The translations under genes and the position numbers were made by a program. A model generated the notes under the pieces. The model did no database searches. It saw nothing but the letters and a program-made list of their open reading frames with translations, and had not been told where the DNA came from. 64,000 nucleotides of DNA from an uncultured Bariatricus sp. (GTDB lineage: Bacteria > Bacillota > Clostridia > Lachnospirales > Lachnospiraceae): the NCBI GenBank assembly GCA_934320645.1, contig CAKRFP010000012.1, forward strand, positions 388-64,387, given 5' to 3'. This document shows, one piece after another, positions 6,962 to 17,416 of the stretch. Every line of letters starts with the position of its first letter. Position 1 is the first letter of the stretch.

Positions 6962-9900
6962 ATGAAGAAAAATATTTTACGCAAAGACTTTATAATGGAA
7001 ATTAAAAAGACCATGGGGCGTTTTGTGTCAATCTTTTTTATTGTGGCACTTGGCGTTGCCTTTTATTCCGGAATCCGTGCATCGGAACCGAGTATGCGGA
7101 TTACGGCAGATCAGTATTTTGATGATTCCAAGCTGATGGATCTAAAGGTAATGGGAACCATGGGACTGACCGCAGATGATATCAAAGCGATTGGAAAGGT
7201 ATCGGGAATAGAGGCTGTGGAAGGCGGCTACAGCAAGGATGTATTGTGTCCGGCAGGGGACAATGAAAAGGTTGTCCATATGATGAGTATGCAGAAGGAT
7301 TTTAACCAGGTGTCGGTTGTGGAAGGTCGGCTGCCTGAAAAAGCCGGAGAGTGTCTGGTGGATGAAGATTTCCTTAGCTATGCAGATCTGAAGGTTGGGG
7401 ATACGGTGACGTTTCATTCCGGAGACGGAGAGGCTCTGACGGATTCTCTGGTGACGGATACATACAAGATTGTCGGAATTGGGAACAGTCCGCTATATAT
7501 TTCTTTTGGAAGGGGAAGTAGTACGATCGGAACCGGAGAAATCAGTGGTTTTGTTGTAGTGGATGAATCTTCTTTTCAGATGGATGTGTTTACGGAGGCC
7601 TATGTCAGGGTAAAAGAGGCGGCAGATGAGACTGCATTTACAGATGAGTACAATGAGCTTTCGGATGCAGGAAAGGATGCGGTCAGTAAGATTGAGGAAG
7701 AACGCTGCAAAGTCCGCAGACAGGAGATCGTGGATGAGGCAAATGAAAAGCTTGCCGATTCAGAGAAGACTGTGAATGAAAAATCACAGGAGCTGGAAGA
7801 CGCGAAGAAAGAGCTGGAGAGCGGAAAGAGCAAGGCGGCAGAAGAACTGGCGAAAGCAAGACAGCAGCTTACGGATGGCGAGGCAGAGCTTGCAACTGCA
7901 AAGCAGCAGATCGCAGACGGCGAGGCTCAGCTTGCAGATGCAAAAGCACAGCTGAATGAGAAGCAGGCACAGCTGAGTTTGGCAGAGGCAGAATATGAGT
8001 CCGGGAGAGCACAGCTGGATCGGAAGGAACAGGAGCTTGCAGATGCAGAGCAGGTGTATCTGAGCAATTACGCAAAATACATGCCGATCATTACAGCTGG
8101 AAAAGCGCAGATTGCAGTCGGTAAGACGCAGATCGCAGATGGAAAAAAACAGCTGGAAGATGGAATCAGCCAGCTTACGCAGCTGAAAAGCGGATTTACG
8201 GAAATTGAAAATGGAATTAGCCAGCTTGATACCGGAATTGCAGAATTGCAGGAGCAGCTGGCAGAAGGAGAGAATCTGTATCAGGAATATGAACAGATTC
8301 CGGCAGAGGACCGAACCGCTGAACAGGAGAATTATCTGGAAAGCTGGAGCCTGGTCAGGCAGGGAATGGAAGCACAGCTTGCAGAATTGCAGAAGCAGAG
8401 AGCAGAACTTGAGGTTACCAGGAACGGACTTTTAACGCAGATGAACCAGGCGGGGATTGCATCAGAAGAGGAGTTGGATGAAAAGCTTACCAGTTTGACG
8501 GCACAGAAAGCGGAACTGGATGCAAAAGAGGAAGCACTTCTTCAGCAGGAGAAAACACTGAATGATCAGGAAGAAGAACTGTTAAGCGCAGGCAGACAGA
8601 TTACAGATGGGAAGAACCAGATTGCAGTAGCGAGAACCCAGCTTGACAGTGCAAAAGCACAGATTACAGATGGAAAAGCACAGATCCGGTCGGCATGGGC
8701 ACTTCTGGATGAAAAAGAGGGAACCTTAAATGCAGGTAAGGCGCAGATTGCATCCGGAGAACAGGAACTTGCGTCTGGCCGGAGTGAATATGAGCAGGCA
8801 GCAAAAGACGCGGAAGATCAGATTGCAGACGGACAGGCGAAGATTACAGACGGAGAAAGGCAGCTCGCGGATGCAAAACAGAAGATCGCAGATGCGAAAG
8901 CAGAGATTAAAAAGATCGAGAATCCGAAATGGTATGTGCAGACGAGGGAAGATGCACTGACGGAATATCAGGGATACGGGGATAATGCAGACCGTATGCG
9001 TTCTATTGGAAAGGTATTTCCGGTGCTGTTCTTCCTGGTGGCAGCACTGATCAGTCTGACAACTATGACACGAATGGTAGAGGAACAGAGGATCCAGATC
9101 GGAACGATGAAGGCGCTTGGTTATGGAAAAGCTGCAATCGCAGGAAAATACATTGGATATGCTTTGATCGCAACTCTGAGTGGAAGTATTTTCGGGGTAC
9201 TGGTCGGTGAAAAGATTCTGCCGTTTATCATTATTTATGCCTATATGATCCTGTATAAACATCTGCCGGCAATCCTGGTTCCGTATCATATGAGCTATGC
9301 GCTTCAGGCTTCGGTGATTGCAGTTGCATGTACACTGCTTGCGACGGTTGCGGCCTGCTATAAGGAGCTGGCAGCAGAACCGGCAGAACTGATGCGTCCG
9401 GCAGCACCAAAGCAGGGCAAACGGATTCTGCTTGAGCGGATTGGAATTATCTGGAAGCATCTAAATTTTACCTGGAAATCTACCGTGCGGAACCTGATAC
9501 GCTATAAGAAACGGTTCTTTATGACCATTTTCGGAATCGGAGGCTGTATGGCGCTGATGGTAGTTGGATTCGGGTTGAAAGACTGTATCTATGAGATTGT
9601 CAGCTTACAGTATGAGAAAGTACAGTTCTATGATGCAGCGACCTATATGAGTGATGATATTTCAGAGGAAAACAGACAGAAGATTCATGATTATCTGGAT
9701 CAGAACAGTGATGTAAAAGACTCGATCGAAGCACGTATGCAGAAGACAAAAGTAAAGTCGGCATCAGGAAGTCAGACACTTTATATGATGGTTCCGTCGG
9801 ATGATGAGCAGATTGAGAACTTTATGAGTTTTCACAGCAGAACCAGGAAAGATGAAAAATACTCGCTGAAAAAAGATGAGGTTATTCTTACGGAAAAGAT

Positions 9901-10609
9901 GGCAACGCTTCTGAAAGTAAAAGTTGGGGATGAACTTACAATAGTAGATGAAGAACGTGGCAATCAGACGGTTACGATCGGGGCAATCTGTGAAAATTAT
10001 ATGCGTCATTTTCTGTATCTGTCACCGGAGAAATACGAAGAACTATATGGAAAACAGGCAGAATACAATACGATCATTTACAGTGTAAAAGATGGAAAAG
10101 ATGAACAGATTGAGAAGATTGGAACAGAGCTCCTGACATTCGATGGAGTTCTGAATGTAAGCTATACCAGAAGTATTGAAGATCAGCTGGATGATATGCT
10201 TCGCAGTCTGAATCTGGTTATCATAGTGCTGATCGTGTCTGCGGGAATGCTTGCATTTGTAGTACTGTACAACCTGAATAATATCAATATTACAGAACGT
10301 CAGAGGGAACTTGCAACACTGAAAGTTCTGGGATTTTATGACGGAGAGGTTGCTTCTTATGTGTATAGGGAGAATATCCTGCTGACGATCATAGGATCAG
10401 TTGTCGGTATGGGACTTGGTAATATCCTGCACCGTTATATCATCCTGACTGTTGAGGTGGAAGAAGCGATGTTCGGACGTCAGATACACTGGCAGAGTTA
10501 TCTGTACAGCTTCTTGTTTACTGCAGCATTTTCTTTATTTGTAAACTGGGTAATGTTCTACAAGCTGAAGAAGATCGATATGGTGGAATCTTTGAAGAGC
10601 GTGGAGTAA
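6962..10609 (+). CDS. FtsX/MacB-family ABC permease, 1215 aa, two FtsX modules with a ~420-aa coiled-coil insertion in the first extracytoplasmic domain
   Basis: N-terminal TM, MacB-type periplasmic domain, repetitive A/Q/E/K/D-rich heptad region (aa ~230-655), then FtsX TM bundle, second ECD and second FtsX bundle; adjacent to the ATPase. Confidence 0.85.
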   Translation: MKKNILRKDFIMEIKKTMGRFVSIFFIVALGVAFYSGIRASEPSMRITADQYFDDSKLMDLKVMGTMGLTADDIKAIGKVSGIEAVEGGYSKDVLCPAGDNEKVVHMMSMQKDFNQVSVVEGRLPEKAGECLVDEDFLSYADLKVGDTVTFHSGDGEALTDSLVTDTYKIVGIGNSPLYISFGRGSSTIGTGEISGFVVVDESSFQMDVFTEAYVRVKEAADETAFTDEYNELSDAGKDAVSKIEEERCKVRRQEIVDEANEKLADSEKTVNEKSQELEDAKKELESGKSKAAEELAKARQQLTDGEAELATAKQQIADGEAQLADAKAQLNEKQAQLSLAEAEYESGRAQLDRKEQELADAEQVYLSNYAKYMPIITAGKAQIAVGKTQIADGKKQLEDGISQLTQLKSGFTEIENGISQLDTGIAELQEQLAEGENLYQEYEQIPAEDRTAEQENYLESWSLVRQGMEAQLAELQKQRAELEVTRNGLLTQMNQAGIASEEELDEKLTSLTAQKAELDAKEEALLQQEKTLNDQEEELLSAGRQITDGKNQIAVARTQLDSAKAQITDGKAQIRSAWALLDEKEGTLNAGKAQIASGEQELASGRSEYEQAAKDAEDQIADGQAKITDGERQLADAKQKIADAKAEIKKIENPKWYVQTREDALTEYQGYGDNADRMRSIGKVFPVLFFLVAALISLTTMTRMVEEQRIQIGTMKALGYGKAAIAGKYIGYALIATLSGSIFGVLVGEKILPFIIIYAYMILYKHLPAILVPYHMSYALQASVIAVACTLLATVAACYKELAAEPAELMRPAAPKQGKRILLERIGIIWKHLNFTWKSTVRNLIRYKKRFFMTIFGIGGCMALMVVGFGLKDCIYEIVSLQYEKVQFYDAATYMSDDISEENRQKIHDYLDQNSDVKDSIEARMQKTKVKSASGSQTLYMMVPSDDEQIENFMSFHSRTRKDEKYSLKKDEVILTEKMATLLKVKVGDELTIVDEERGNQTVTIGAICENYMRHFLYLSPEKYEELYGKQAEYNTIIYSVKDGKDEQIEKIGTELLTFDGVLNVSYTRSIEDQLDDMLRSLNLVIIVLIVSAGMLAFVVLYNLNNINITERQRELATLKVLGFYDGEVASYVYRENILLTIIGSVVGMGLGNILHRYIILTVEVEEAMFGRQIHWQSYLYSFLFTAAFSLFVNWVMFYKLKKIDMVESLKSVE

Positions 10610-10705
10610 AAGCTTTTGACAGTGTATGTCAAAGATTTCTTATAGACGGTACACAAAGGATCGGAAAATATATTTCACAGAAATTTTATATTTTTCACAG
10701 AATTA

Positions 10706-10732
10706 TTAGCACTCTCGACAAAAGAGTGCTAA
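10706..10732. promoter_or_regulatory. CIRCE element (HrcA operator)
   Basis: TTAGCACTC-TCGACAAAA-GAGTGCTAA, a perfect match to TTAGCACTC-N9-GAGTGCTAA. Confidence 0.85.
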
Positions 10733-10739
10733 TTTTCTA

Positions 10740-10768
10740 TTGACATTTAGAAATCAGGGTATTAAGAT
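10740..10768 (+). promoter_or_regulatory. putative sigma-A promoter of htpG
   Basis: TTGACA (10740-10745) - 17 nt - TAAGAT (10763-10768). Confidence 0.5.
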
Positions 10769-10839
10769 ATTTCATGGACAGAAAAATACGGTATTTGAAA
10801 CCGCAAAAAGATAGAATATGAAATTTAGGAGTGATAAAA

Positions 10840-12903
10840 ATGGCAGCAAAAAAAGGTAGTCTTTCAATCAGCAGCGAAAATATTTTCCCGATTATCAAGA
10901 AATGGGTATATTCCGATCATGATATTTTCGCAAGAGAGCTTGTTTCCAATGGATGCGACGCGATCACAAAATTAAAGAAGCTGGACATGATGGGAGAATA
11001 TACACTTCCGGACGGCTATAAAGGAAAGATTCAGGTCATTGTGAACCCAGAAGAAAAGACTCTGAAATTCATCGATAACGGTCTTGGTATGACAGCCGAT
11101 GAAGTCGAAGAATACATCACACAGATCGCTTTCTCAGGAGCAACCGAATTCCTGAACAAATACAAAGATAAAACAACAGAGGATGATATGATCGGACACT
11201 TTGGTCTTGGATTCTACTCTGCATTCATGGTAGCTGATGAAGTTCATATTGATACTCTTTCTTATAAGGAAGGTGCAAAACCGGTACACTGGGTAAGTGA
11301 AGGCGGTACAGAGTATGAGATGGAAGAAGGAACCAAAGAGACGGTAGGTTCCGAGATGACCCTGTATCTGAATGAGGACAGTGTAGAATTTTCAAATGAA
11401 TACAGAATCCGTGAAGTCCTTGAGAAATACTGTTCATTCATGCCGGTAGAGATTTTTGTATCCAAAGCAAATGCAGAACCGGAATATGAGACGATCCCGG
11501 AAGATGAAGTCCTGGATACAGATACGGTTGTTGAACATATCCACGAAGATGCCAAGATGGAGGAAAAAGAAAATGAGAACGGTGAAAAAGAAATGGTTGA
11601 AGTTTCACCGGCATCCGATAAAGCAAAGATCGTGAAACGCCCGGTATCGATCAGTGATCCGGCACCGCTGTGGACAAAGCATCCAAACGAATGCAGCAAA
11701 GAAGATTATATTGATTTCTACCGGAAAGTATTTATGGATTACAAAGAACCTCTGTTCTGGATCCATCTGAACATGGATTATCCATTCAACTTAAAGGGTA
11801 TCCTGTACTTCCCGAAGATCAATACTGAATATGATTCTATTGAAGGAACCATCAAACTGTACAACAATCAGGTATTTATCGCAGACAATATCAAAGAAGT
11901 CATTCCGGAATTCTTGATGGTATTAAAAGGAGTCATTGATTGTCCGGATCTGCCGCTTAATGTATCACGAAGCGCACTGCAGAATGATGGATTCGTACAG
12001 AAAATCTCCGAATATATTTCCAAGAAAGTTGCTGACAAGCTTTCCGGAATGTGCAAGACAGATAAAGAAAACTATGAGAAATACTGGGATGACATCAGCC
12101 CGTTTATCAAATTCGGCTGCCTGAAAGATGAAAAATTCTGCGAGAAGATGAGCGATTATGTTCTGTTCAAGAACCTGGATCATAAGTATATGACACTCAA
12201 AGAATGCATCGAAAAGAATGGCGGAAAAGCAGAGCCGGAGGAAAAGACCGAAGGTGAAAATGCAGAGCAGTCAGCAGAAAAGAAAGAAGCAGAGAAGACA
12301 ACAATCTACTATGTAACAGATGAACAGCAGCAGAGCCAGTACATCAATATGTTCAAAAAAGAGGGACTGGATGCAGTGATCCTGTCACATAATATTGATT
12401 CACCATTTATTACTCAGATGGAGCAGAAGAACGAACATATCAAGTTCCAGAGAATCGATGCAGATCTGACCGATCACTTCAAAGAGGATGTATCTGAAGA
12501 AGAAAAAGAAGCATTCAAAGAAAAGACAGACAGTCTGGTCGAAATCTTCCGTAAAGCACTTGGCAATGACAAGCTGGAAGTAAAAGTGGAAAAGATGAAA
12601 GATGAAAATGTAGCATCTATGATCACACTTTCCGAAGAATCCCGCCGTATGCAGGAGATGATGAAGATGTACGGAATGTCAGGCATGGATCCGTCTATGT
12701 TCGGAACCAATGCAACCCTGATTCTGAATGCAAATCATCCGCTGGTAGAATATGTTGTAGAGCATAAAGATGGTGAAAATACAGAGATGTTCTGCCATCA
12801 GTTATATGACCTGGCAATGCTGGCACACAAGCCACTCAGCCCGGAAGAGATGACAGAATTTGTAAGACGCAGTAATGAAATTATGATGAAACTGGCAAAG
12901 TAA
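10840..12903 (+). CDS. htpG: molecular chaperone HtpG (Hsp90)
   Basis: N-terminal GHKL motifs FARELVSNGCDAITK, DNGLGMT, GHFGLGFYSAFMVA; ATG 10840 after AGGAG. Confidence 0.95.
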   Translation: MAAKKGSLSISSENIFPIIKKWVYSDHDIFARELVSNGCDAITKLKKLDMMGEYTLPDGYKGKIQVIVNPEEKTLKFIDNGLGMTADEVEEYITQIAFSGATEFLNKYKDKTTEDDMIGHFGLGFYSAFMVADEVHIDTLSYKEGAKPVHWVSEGGTEYEMEEGTKETVGSEMTLYLNEDSVEFSNEYRIREVLEKYCSFMPVEIFVSKANAEPEYETIPEDEVLDTDTVVEHIHEDAKMEEKENENGEKEMVEVSPASDKAKIVKRPVSISDPAPLWTKHPNECSKEDYIDFYRKVFMDYKEPLFWIHLNMDYPFNLKGILYFPKINTEYDSIEGTIKLYNNQVFIADNIKEVIPEFLMVLKGVIDCPDLPLNVSRSALQNDGFVQKISEYISKKVADKLSGMCKTDKENYEKYWDDISPFIKFGCLKDEKFCEKMSDYVLFKNLDHKYMTLKECIEKNGGKAEPEEKTEGENAEQSAEKKEAEKTTIYYVTDEQQQSQYINMFKKEGLDAVILSHNIDSPFITQMEQKNEHIKFQRIDADLTDHFKEDVSEEEKEAFKEKTDSLVEIFRKALGNDKLEVKVEKMKDENVASMITLSEESRRMQEMMKMYGMSGMDPSMFGTNATLILNANHPLVEYVVEHKDGENTEMFCHQLYDLAMLAHKPLSPEEMTEFVRRSNEIMMKLAK

Positions 12904-12925
12904 TTTTGCTGTAGATACCAGGAAA

Positions 12926-12990
12926 AGTCTGAACCATTCAGATTCCCGTTTTCGCTTATGCGAAAAGGTCTGAATGGTCAGGCTTTTTTT
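12926..12990 (+). terminator. compound intrinsic terminator after htpG
   Basis: GTCTGAACCATTCAGA..(inner CGTTTTCGC-TTAT-GCGAAAAGG)..TCTGAATGGTCAGGC followed by TTTTTTT. Confidence 0.6.
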
Positions 12991-13078
12991 GCTGTATTTG
13001 GAAACACTTTCCACAAAGTGTTGGTGAACTTCCCGGTCTTTTATAGTATAATATAACAAAAGAGAGGCGGTGGATACG

Positions 13079-13852
13079 ATGAAGAATTATTCAGAGGATA
13101 TAAGCAGACAATATCATATTCAGGTGGCCAACGGGGAAGTCGGTCGTTATGTCATTCTCCCGGGAGATCCAAAACGCTGCAAAAAAATTGCACAGTATTT
13201 TGACAATCCGGTGATGATTGCAGATAACCGGGAATTTATCACTTATATAGGAACTTTAGATGGCGTGAAAGTCAGTGTCACATCTACCGGAATCGGCGGA
13301 CCATCGGCGGCGATCGCAATGGAAGAACTGGCAAGATGTGGAGCAGATACGTTTATCCGGATCGGAACCTGCGGTGGAATCCAGCCGGAAGTAAAAAGCG
13401 GAGATATCGTGATTGGAACCGGGGCAGTCCGTATGGAAGGCACAAGCAAAGAATATGCGCCGATCGAATATCCGGCGGTGGCAGATCTTACAGTTACCAA
13501 TGCCCTTGTGCATGCTGCTAAGGAAAAGAACTGTGAATTTCATATAGGAGTTGTCCAGTCAAAAGATGCATTTTACGGACAGCATGAGCCGGAGCTGATG
13601 CCGGCAGGTTATGAACTGATCAATAAATGGGAAGCCTGGAAGAAACTGGGATGTCTGGCATCAGAGATGGAGACGGCAGCACTTTACATTGTGGCAGCAA
13701 AGCTTCATGTACGCGTGGGTGCGTGTTTCCTTGTAATGGCAAACCAGGAAAGAGAAAAACTGGGACTTGAAAATCCGGTAGTGCATGATACAGGCATGGC
13801 AGTACAGGTGGCAGTGGAAGCCATCAGAAAGTTAATCAGAGAGGATCGGTAA
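13079..13852 (+). CDS. udp: uridine phosphorylase
   Basis: Close to Udp signatures: [45 protein letters not shown]. Confidence 0.85.
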   Translation: MKNYSEDISRQYHIQVANGEVGRYVILPGDPKRCKKIAQYFDNPVMIADNREFITYIGTLDGVKVSVTSTGIGGPSAAIAMEELARCGADTFIRIGTCGGIQPEVKSGDIVIGTGAVRMEGTSKEYAPIEYPAVADLTVTNALVHAAKEKNCEFHIGVVQSKDAFYGQHEPELMPAGYELINKWEAWKKLGCLASEMETAALYIVAAKLHVRVGACFLVMANQEREKLGLENPVVHDTGMAVQVAVEAIRKLIREDR

Positions 13853-15049
13853 ATGAAAGAAACAATATATAAACGAATCTTTGTGATCGTTCTGGATTCG
13901 CTCGGAATTGGTGCAATGCCTGATTCTGAGAAATTCGGTGACAGGGATGTAGATACATTTGGTCATATTTTAGACAGAATGGGAACACTGGAGATTCCAA
14001 ATCTTCAGAAGCTTGGTATGCTGAATCTGCATACCGGGGGAAAGATGTACGGAATCGAGAATCCGGTTGGAAAAATTACCAGACTGAAAGAGGCGAGTAA
14101 CGGAAAAGATACGATGACCGGACACTGGGAAATGATGGGGATTTATACAGAAAAACCATTTAAAACCTTTACCGAACATGGATTTCCACCGGAACTGATC
14201 GCAGAATTGGAAAAACGTTGCGGGAAAAAAGTGATTGGAAACCGTAGTGAGAGCGGAACAAAGATCATTGAAGAACTTGGGGAAGAAGAAATCGAAACAG
14301 GTGCAATGATCGTCTATACCTCTGCGGATTCTGTATTGCAGATATGTGGAAATGAAGAGACATTTGATCTGGCAAATCTGTACCGGTGTTGTGAGATCGC
14401 CAGAGAGATCACGATGAAGGATGAATGGCGCGTGGGACGAGTCATTGCAAGACCATATGTAGGAAAGAAAAAGGGTGAATTTAAAAGAACCAGCAACCGC
14501 AGGGATTATGCACTTGAGCCGACCGGAAAGACTGCACTTGACGCACTGAAAGATGCGGGAAAGGATGTGATCGCAGTCGGAAAAATCCATGATATCTTTT
14601 GTGGGGAAGGAATCACAGAATCGTATCATTCCAACAGCTCCGTGCATGGAATGGAGCAGACCATTGAGATTTGCAAAAAAGATTTTGACGGACTGTGCTT
14701 TGTAAATCTGGTTGATTTTGATGCTCAGTGGGGACACCGGCGTGATCCGGTTGGCTACGGACATGAGATTGAGAAATTTGATAAAAATCTTGGAATTTTG
14801 CTGGATGATCTGAGGGAGGATGATCTTCTTATTATTACTGCCGATCATGGAAACGATCCGACCTACACAGGAACCGATCATACGCGGGAATATGTACCGT
14901 TTTTGGCGTATTCCAAAAAGATGGATGAGGGTGGCGTGATCACGGAGGAAAATACCTTTGCAGTGATCGGGGCAACGGTCACAGATAATTTTGGTGTAAA
15001 AATGCCGGAAGGAACGATCGGGCATTCGATTCTGAAGGAACTTATTTAG
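13853..15049 (+). CDS. deoB: phosphopentomutase
   Basis: [45 protein letters not shown] metalloenzyme motifs; TAA-ATG junction with udp. Confidence 0.95.
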   Translation: MKETIYKRIFVIVLDSLGIGAMPDSEKFGDRDVDTFGHILDRMGTLEIPNLQKLGMLNLHTGGKMYGIENPVGKITRLKEASNGKDTMTGHWEMMGIYTEKPFKTFTEHGFPPELIAELEKRCGKKVIGNRSESGTKIIEELGEEEIETGAMIVYTSADSVLQICGNEETFDLANLYRCCEIAREITMKDEWRVGRVIARPYVGKKKGEFKRTSNRRDYALEPTGKTALDALKDAGKDVIAVGKIHDIFCGEGITESYHSNSSVHGMEQTIEICKKDFDGLCFVNLVDFDAQWGHRRDPVGYGHEIEKFDKNLGILLDDLREDDLLIITADHGNDPTYTGTDHTREYVPFLAYSKKMDEGGVITEENTFAVIGATVTDNFGVKMPEGTIGHSILKELI

Positions 15050-15073
15050 CAAGAAAAAGCAGGAAAAAAGAGA

Positions 15074-15496
15074 ATGAAAAAAGAACAAATTAAAAAAATG
15101 ATAGAGATTGCGCTTTTGCAGCTTGCATATTCTTATACCCCTTATTCTGACTTTAAAGTGGGAGCTGCGCTGCTTGCAAAGAATGGCCGGATATATACGG
15201 GATGCAATATTGAAAATGCGGCTTATACACCGACAAACTGTGCGGAGCGTACTGCATTTTTCAAGGCAGTCAGCGAAGGAGTAAAAGAATTTGATGCAAT
15301 CTGTATTGTAGGAGGAAAGGGCGGTGTTGTGACAGAGTATGCACCGCCGTGCGGAGTATGCAGGCAGGTCATGATGGAATTCTGCGATCCGGAGACATTT
15401 CAGATCATTCTTGCAGTAGATGCAGAGCATTATGATATCTATACCTTGAAAGAAATGATGCCAAAAGGTTTCGGACCATCCAATCTTACAGAATGA
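15074..15496 (+). CDS. cdd: cytidine deaminase
   Basis: Zinc motifs CAERTA and PCGVCRQ; 140 aa. Confidence 0.9.
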   Translation: MKKEQIKKMIEIALLQLAYSYTPYSDFKVGAALLAKNGRIYTGCNIENAAYTPTNCAERTAFFKAVSEGVKEFDAICIVGGKGGVVTEYAPPCGVCRQVMMEFCDPETFQIILAVDAEHYDIYTLKEMMPKGFGPSNLTE

Positions 15497-15557
15497 GAAA
15501 GGACTCTGACTCCAAAAGAAGATTTTTGAAGAAAAGGGAAAAAAGAAGGAAAGAAAA

Positions 15558-16529
15558 ATGACACAGGAAACCTTGAAAGAATTACCAAAGATTGAGCTTC
15601 ACTGCCATCTGGACGGTTCTCTTAGCAGACCATTTATTGAAAAAAGGCTTGGAAGAACTGTAAGACCTGAAGAACTCAGTGTTTCAGAAAAATGCACAAG
15701 TCTGAATGAATATCTGGAAAAATTTGACCTTCCCGGCAGATGTATCATGGATGAAGAGGGACTTTCCGGAGCTGCGTATGATCTGCTCTCTCAGATGAAT
15801 GAAGAAAATGTCTGTTATGCGGAGATCCGTTTTGCCCCACTTCTGTCAGAGACAAAAAAGATGGACAGCCGGAAGGTGATCGAAGCAGTAATCAGCGGAA
15901 TGGAGCAGGGGAAAAAAGATTTTGGAATCGAGTATGGTGTGATCGTCTGTGCAATGCGGCATCACAGTGCTGAGGATAATATGCGGATGATCAAGATGGC
16001 AAGAGAATATCTGGGATCCGGAGTTTGTGCAGCAGATCTTGCAGGAGCAGAAGCATTGTATCCGATGTCTGGATTTATGGATATTTTTACAGAGACAAAG
16101 AAGATGGGAATGCCATTTACACTCCATGCCGGAGAATGTGGAAATCCACAGAATATCATAGATTCAATAAATGTGGGAGCTGGAAGGATCGGGCATGGGA
16201 TCGCGATGCGCGGCAACCGGGAGATCCGGAAACTGGCAAAAAAAGCCGGTGTTGGTATCGAGATGTGTCCGATCAGCAACTTACAGACCAAATCAGTAAA
16301 CAGCATGGCGGAATATCCGATGCGGGAATTTCTGGATGCAGGCTTAAAAGTATCGGTCAACACCGATAACCGGACGGTAAGCAACACCAGTCTTACTAAA
16401 GAACTGGAATTTATTCAGAAAAATTATGGAATCCGGGACGAAGAAATCCTTCAGATGATGAAAAATGCAATTGATACTGCATTTGCCGATGATTCCATAA
16501 AAGATAAAATTTGCAAAATGCTGAAATAA
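15558..16529 (+). CDS. add: adenosine deaminase
   Basis: ELHCHLDGS N-terminal metal motif, HAGE, SVNTDN. Confidence 0.9.
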   Translation: MTQETLKELPKIELHCHLDGSLSRPFIEKRLGRTVRPEELSVSEKCTSLNEYLEKFDLPGRCIMDEEGLSGAAYDLLSQMNEENVCYAEIRFAPLLSETKKMDSRKVIEAVISGMEQGKKDFGIEYGVIVCAMRHHSAEDNMRMIKMAREYLGSGVCAADLAGAEALYPMSGFMDIFTETKKMGMPFTLHAGECGNPQNIIDSINVGAGRIGHGIAMRGNREIRKLAKKAGVGIEMCPISNLQTKSVNSMAEYPMREFLDAGLKVSVNTDNRTVSNTSLTKELEFIQKNYGIRDEEILQMMKNAIDTAFADDSIKDKICKMLK

Positions 16530-16590
16530 AAAAGAACGACAAACAGAGAGGATTGACTCTGAAGAATAATAGAGAAAAGAGGAATTCTGT

Positions 16591-17415
16591 ATGAGCAATA
16601 AAATTTATGAAAAGCTGGAAATATGCCGGAAAAGCATTCTCCAAAAAACAGATTTTAAACCGGAAGTGGCAGTGATCCTGGGCTCCGGTCTTGGCGAATA
16701 CGCATCAAAAATCCAGATAGAACAGATCATTCCGTATACAGAAATTGAAGGTTTTCCGGTGTCGACAGTTGTGGGACATAAAGGACAGTTTGTATTTGGT
16801 TATGTAAAAGAAGTTCCGGTTGTTATCATGCAGGGACGTGTGCATTATTATGAAGGATATCCGGTAACAGATGTGGTGCTTCCGGTGCGGCTGATGGGAA
16901 TGTTAGGCGCAAAGAAGCTGATTCTTACCAATGCATCAGGCGGAATCAATACCGGATTCCATCCGGGCGATCTTATGCTTATCACGGATCAGATTATGAG
17001 TGGAATCCCTAATCCACTGATCGGTGCCAATGTCGAAGAGCTTGGAACTCGTTTCCCGGATATGAGTGAAGCCTATAGTGAGCGAATGCGGCAGATCATA
17101 AAGAAAGAAGCCCAAAAACTCGGCATTCCTCTGAAAGAAGGTGTATACCTTCAGCTTACCGGTCCATCTTATGAAACCCCGGCAGAAATCCGTATGTACC
17201 GTACCTGTGGGGCTGATGCCGTAGGCATGAGTACCGCCTGCGAGACGATCGCTGCGCGCCACATGGGAATCGAAGTCTGTGGCATCTCCTGCATCACCAA
17301 CCTCGCTGCCGGCATGACATCACAACACCTGAACCACCAGGAAGTCCAACAAACCGCTGACCGGGTGGCGGAGCAATTCCAAGAATTACTGACAGCAATC
17401 ATTACCCATGTATAA
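16591..17415 (+). CDS. punA: purine nucleoside phosphorylase (trimeric inosine/guanosine type)
   Basis: ILGSGLG, VGHKGQFVFG, GRVHYYEG, LTNASGG, GPSYETPAE, GADAVGMST motifs. Confidence 0.85.
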   Translation: MSNKIYEKLEICRKSILQKTDFKPEVAVILGSGLGEYASKIQIEQIIPYTEIEGFPVSTVVGHKGQFVFGYVKEVPVVIMQGRVHYYEGYPVTDVVLPVRLMGMLGAKKLILTNASGGINTGFHPGDLMLITDQIMSGIPNPLIGANVEELGTRFPDMSEAYSERMRQIIKKEAQKLGIPLKEGVYLQLTGPSYETPAEIRMYRTCGADAVGMSTACETIAARHMGIEVCGISCITNLAAGMTSQHLNHQEVQQTADRVAEQFQELLTAIITHV

Positions 17416-17416
17416 G

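Noticed and set aside
7600-9460. Minus-strand and alternative-frame ORFs (for example 8726-9460, 7869-8075, 8205-8435, 8730-8960)
   Set aside because: They lie inside the repetitive coiled-coil coding region of the permease. The biased GCA/GAG/CAG codon repeats keep other frames open, and the products are compositionally implausible.
13970-15430. 486-aa ORF on the minus strand
   Set aside because: It is antisense to the clearly recognisable deoB and cdd. The product is low-complexity and Cys/Phe/Ile-rich with no motifs, so it is a shadow ORF.
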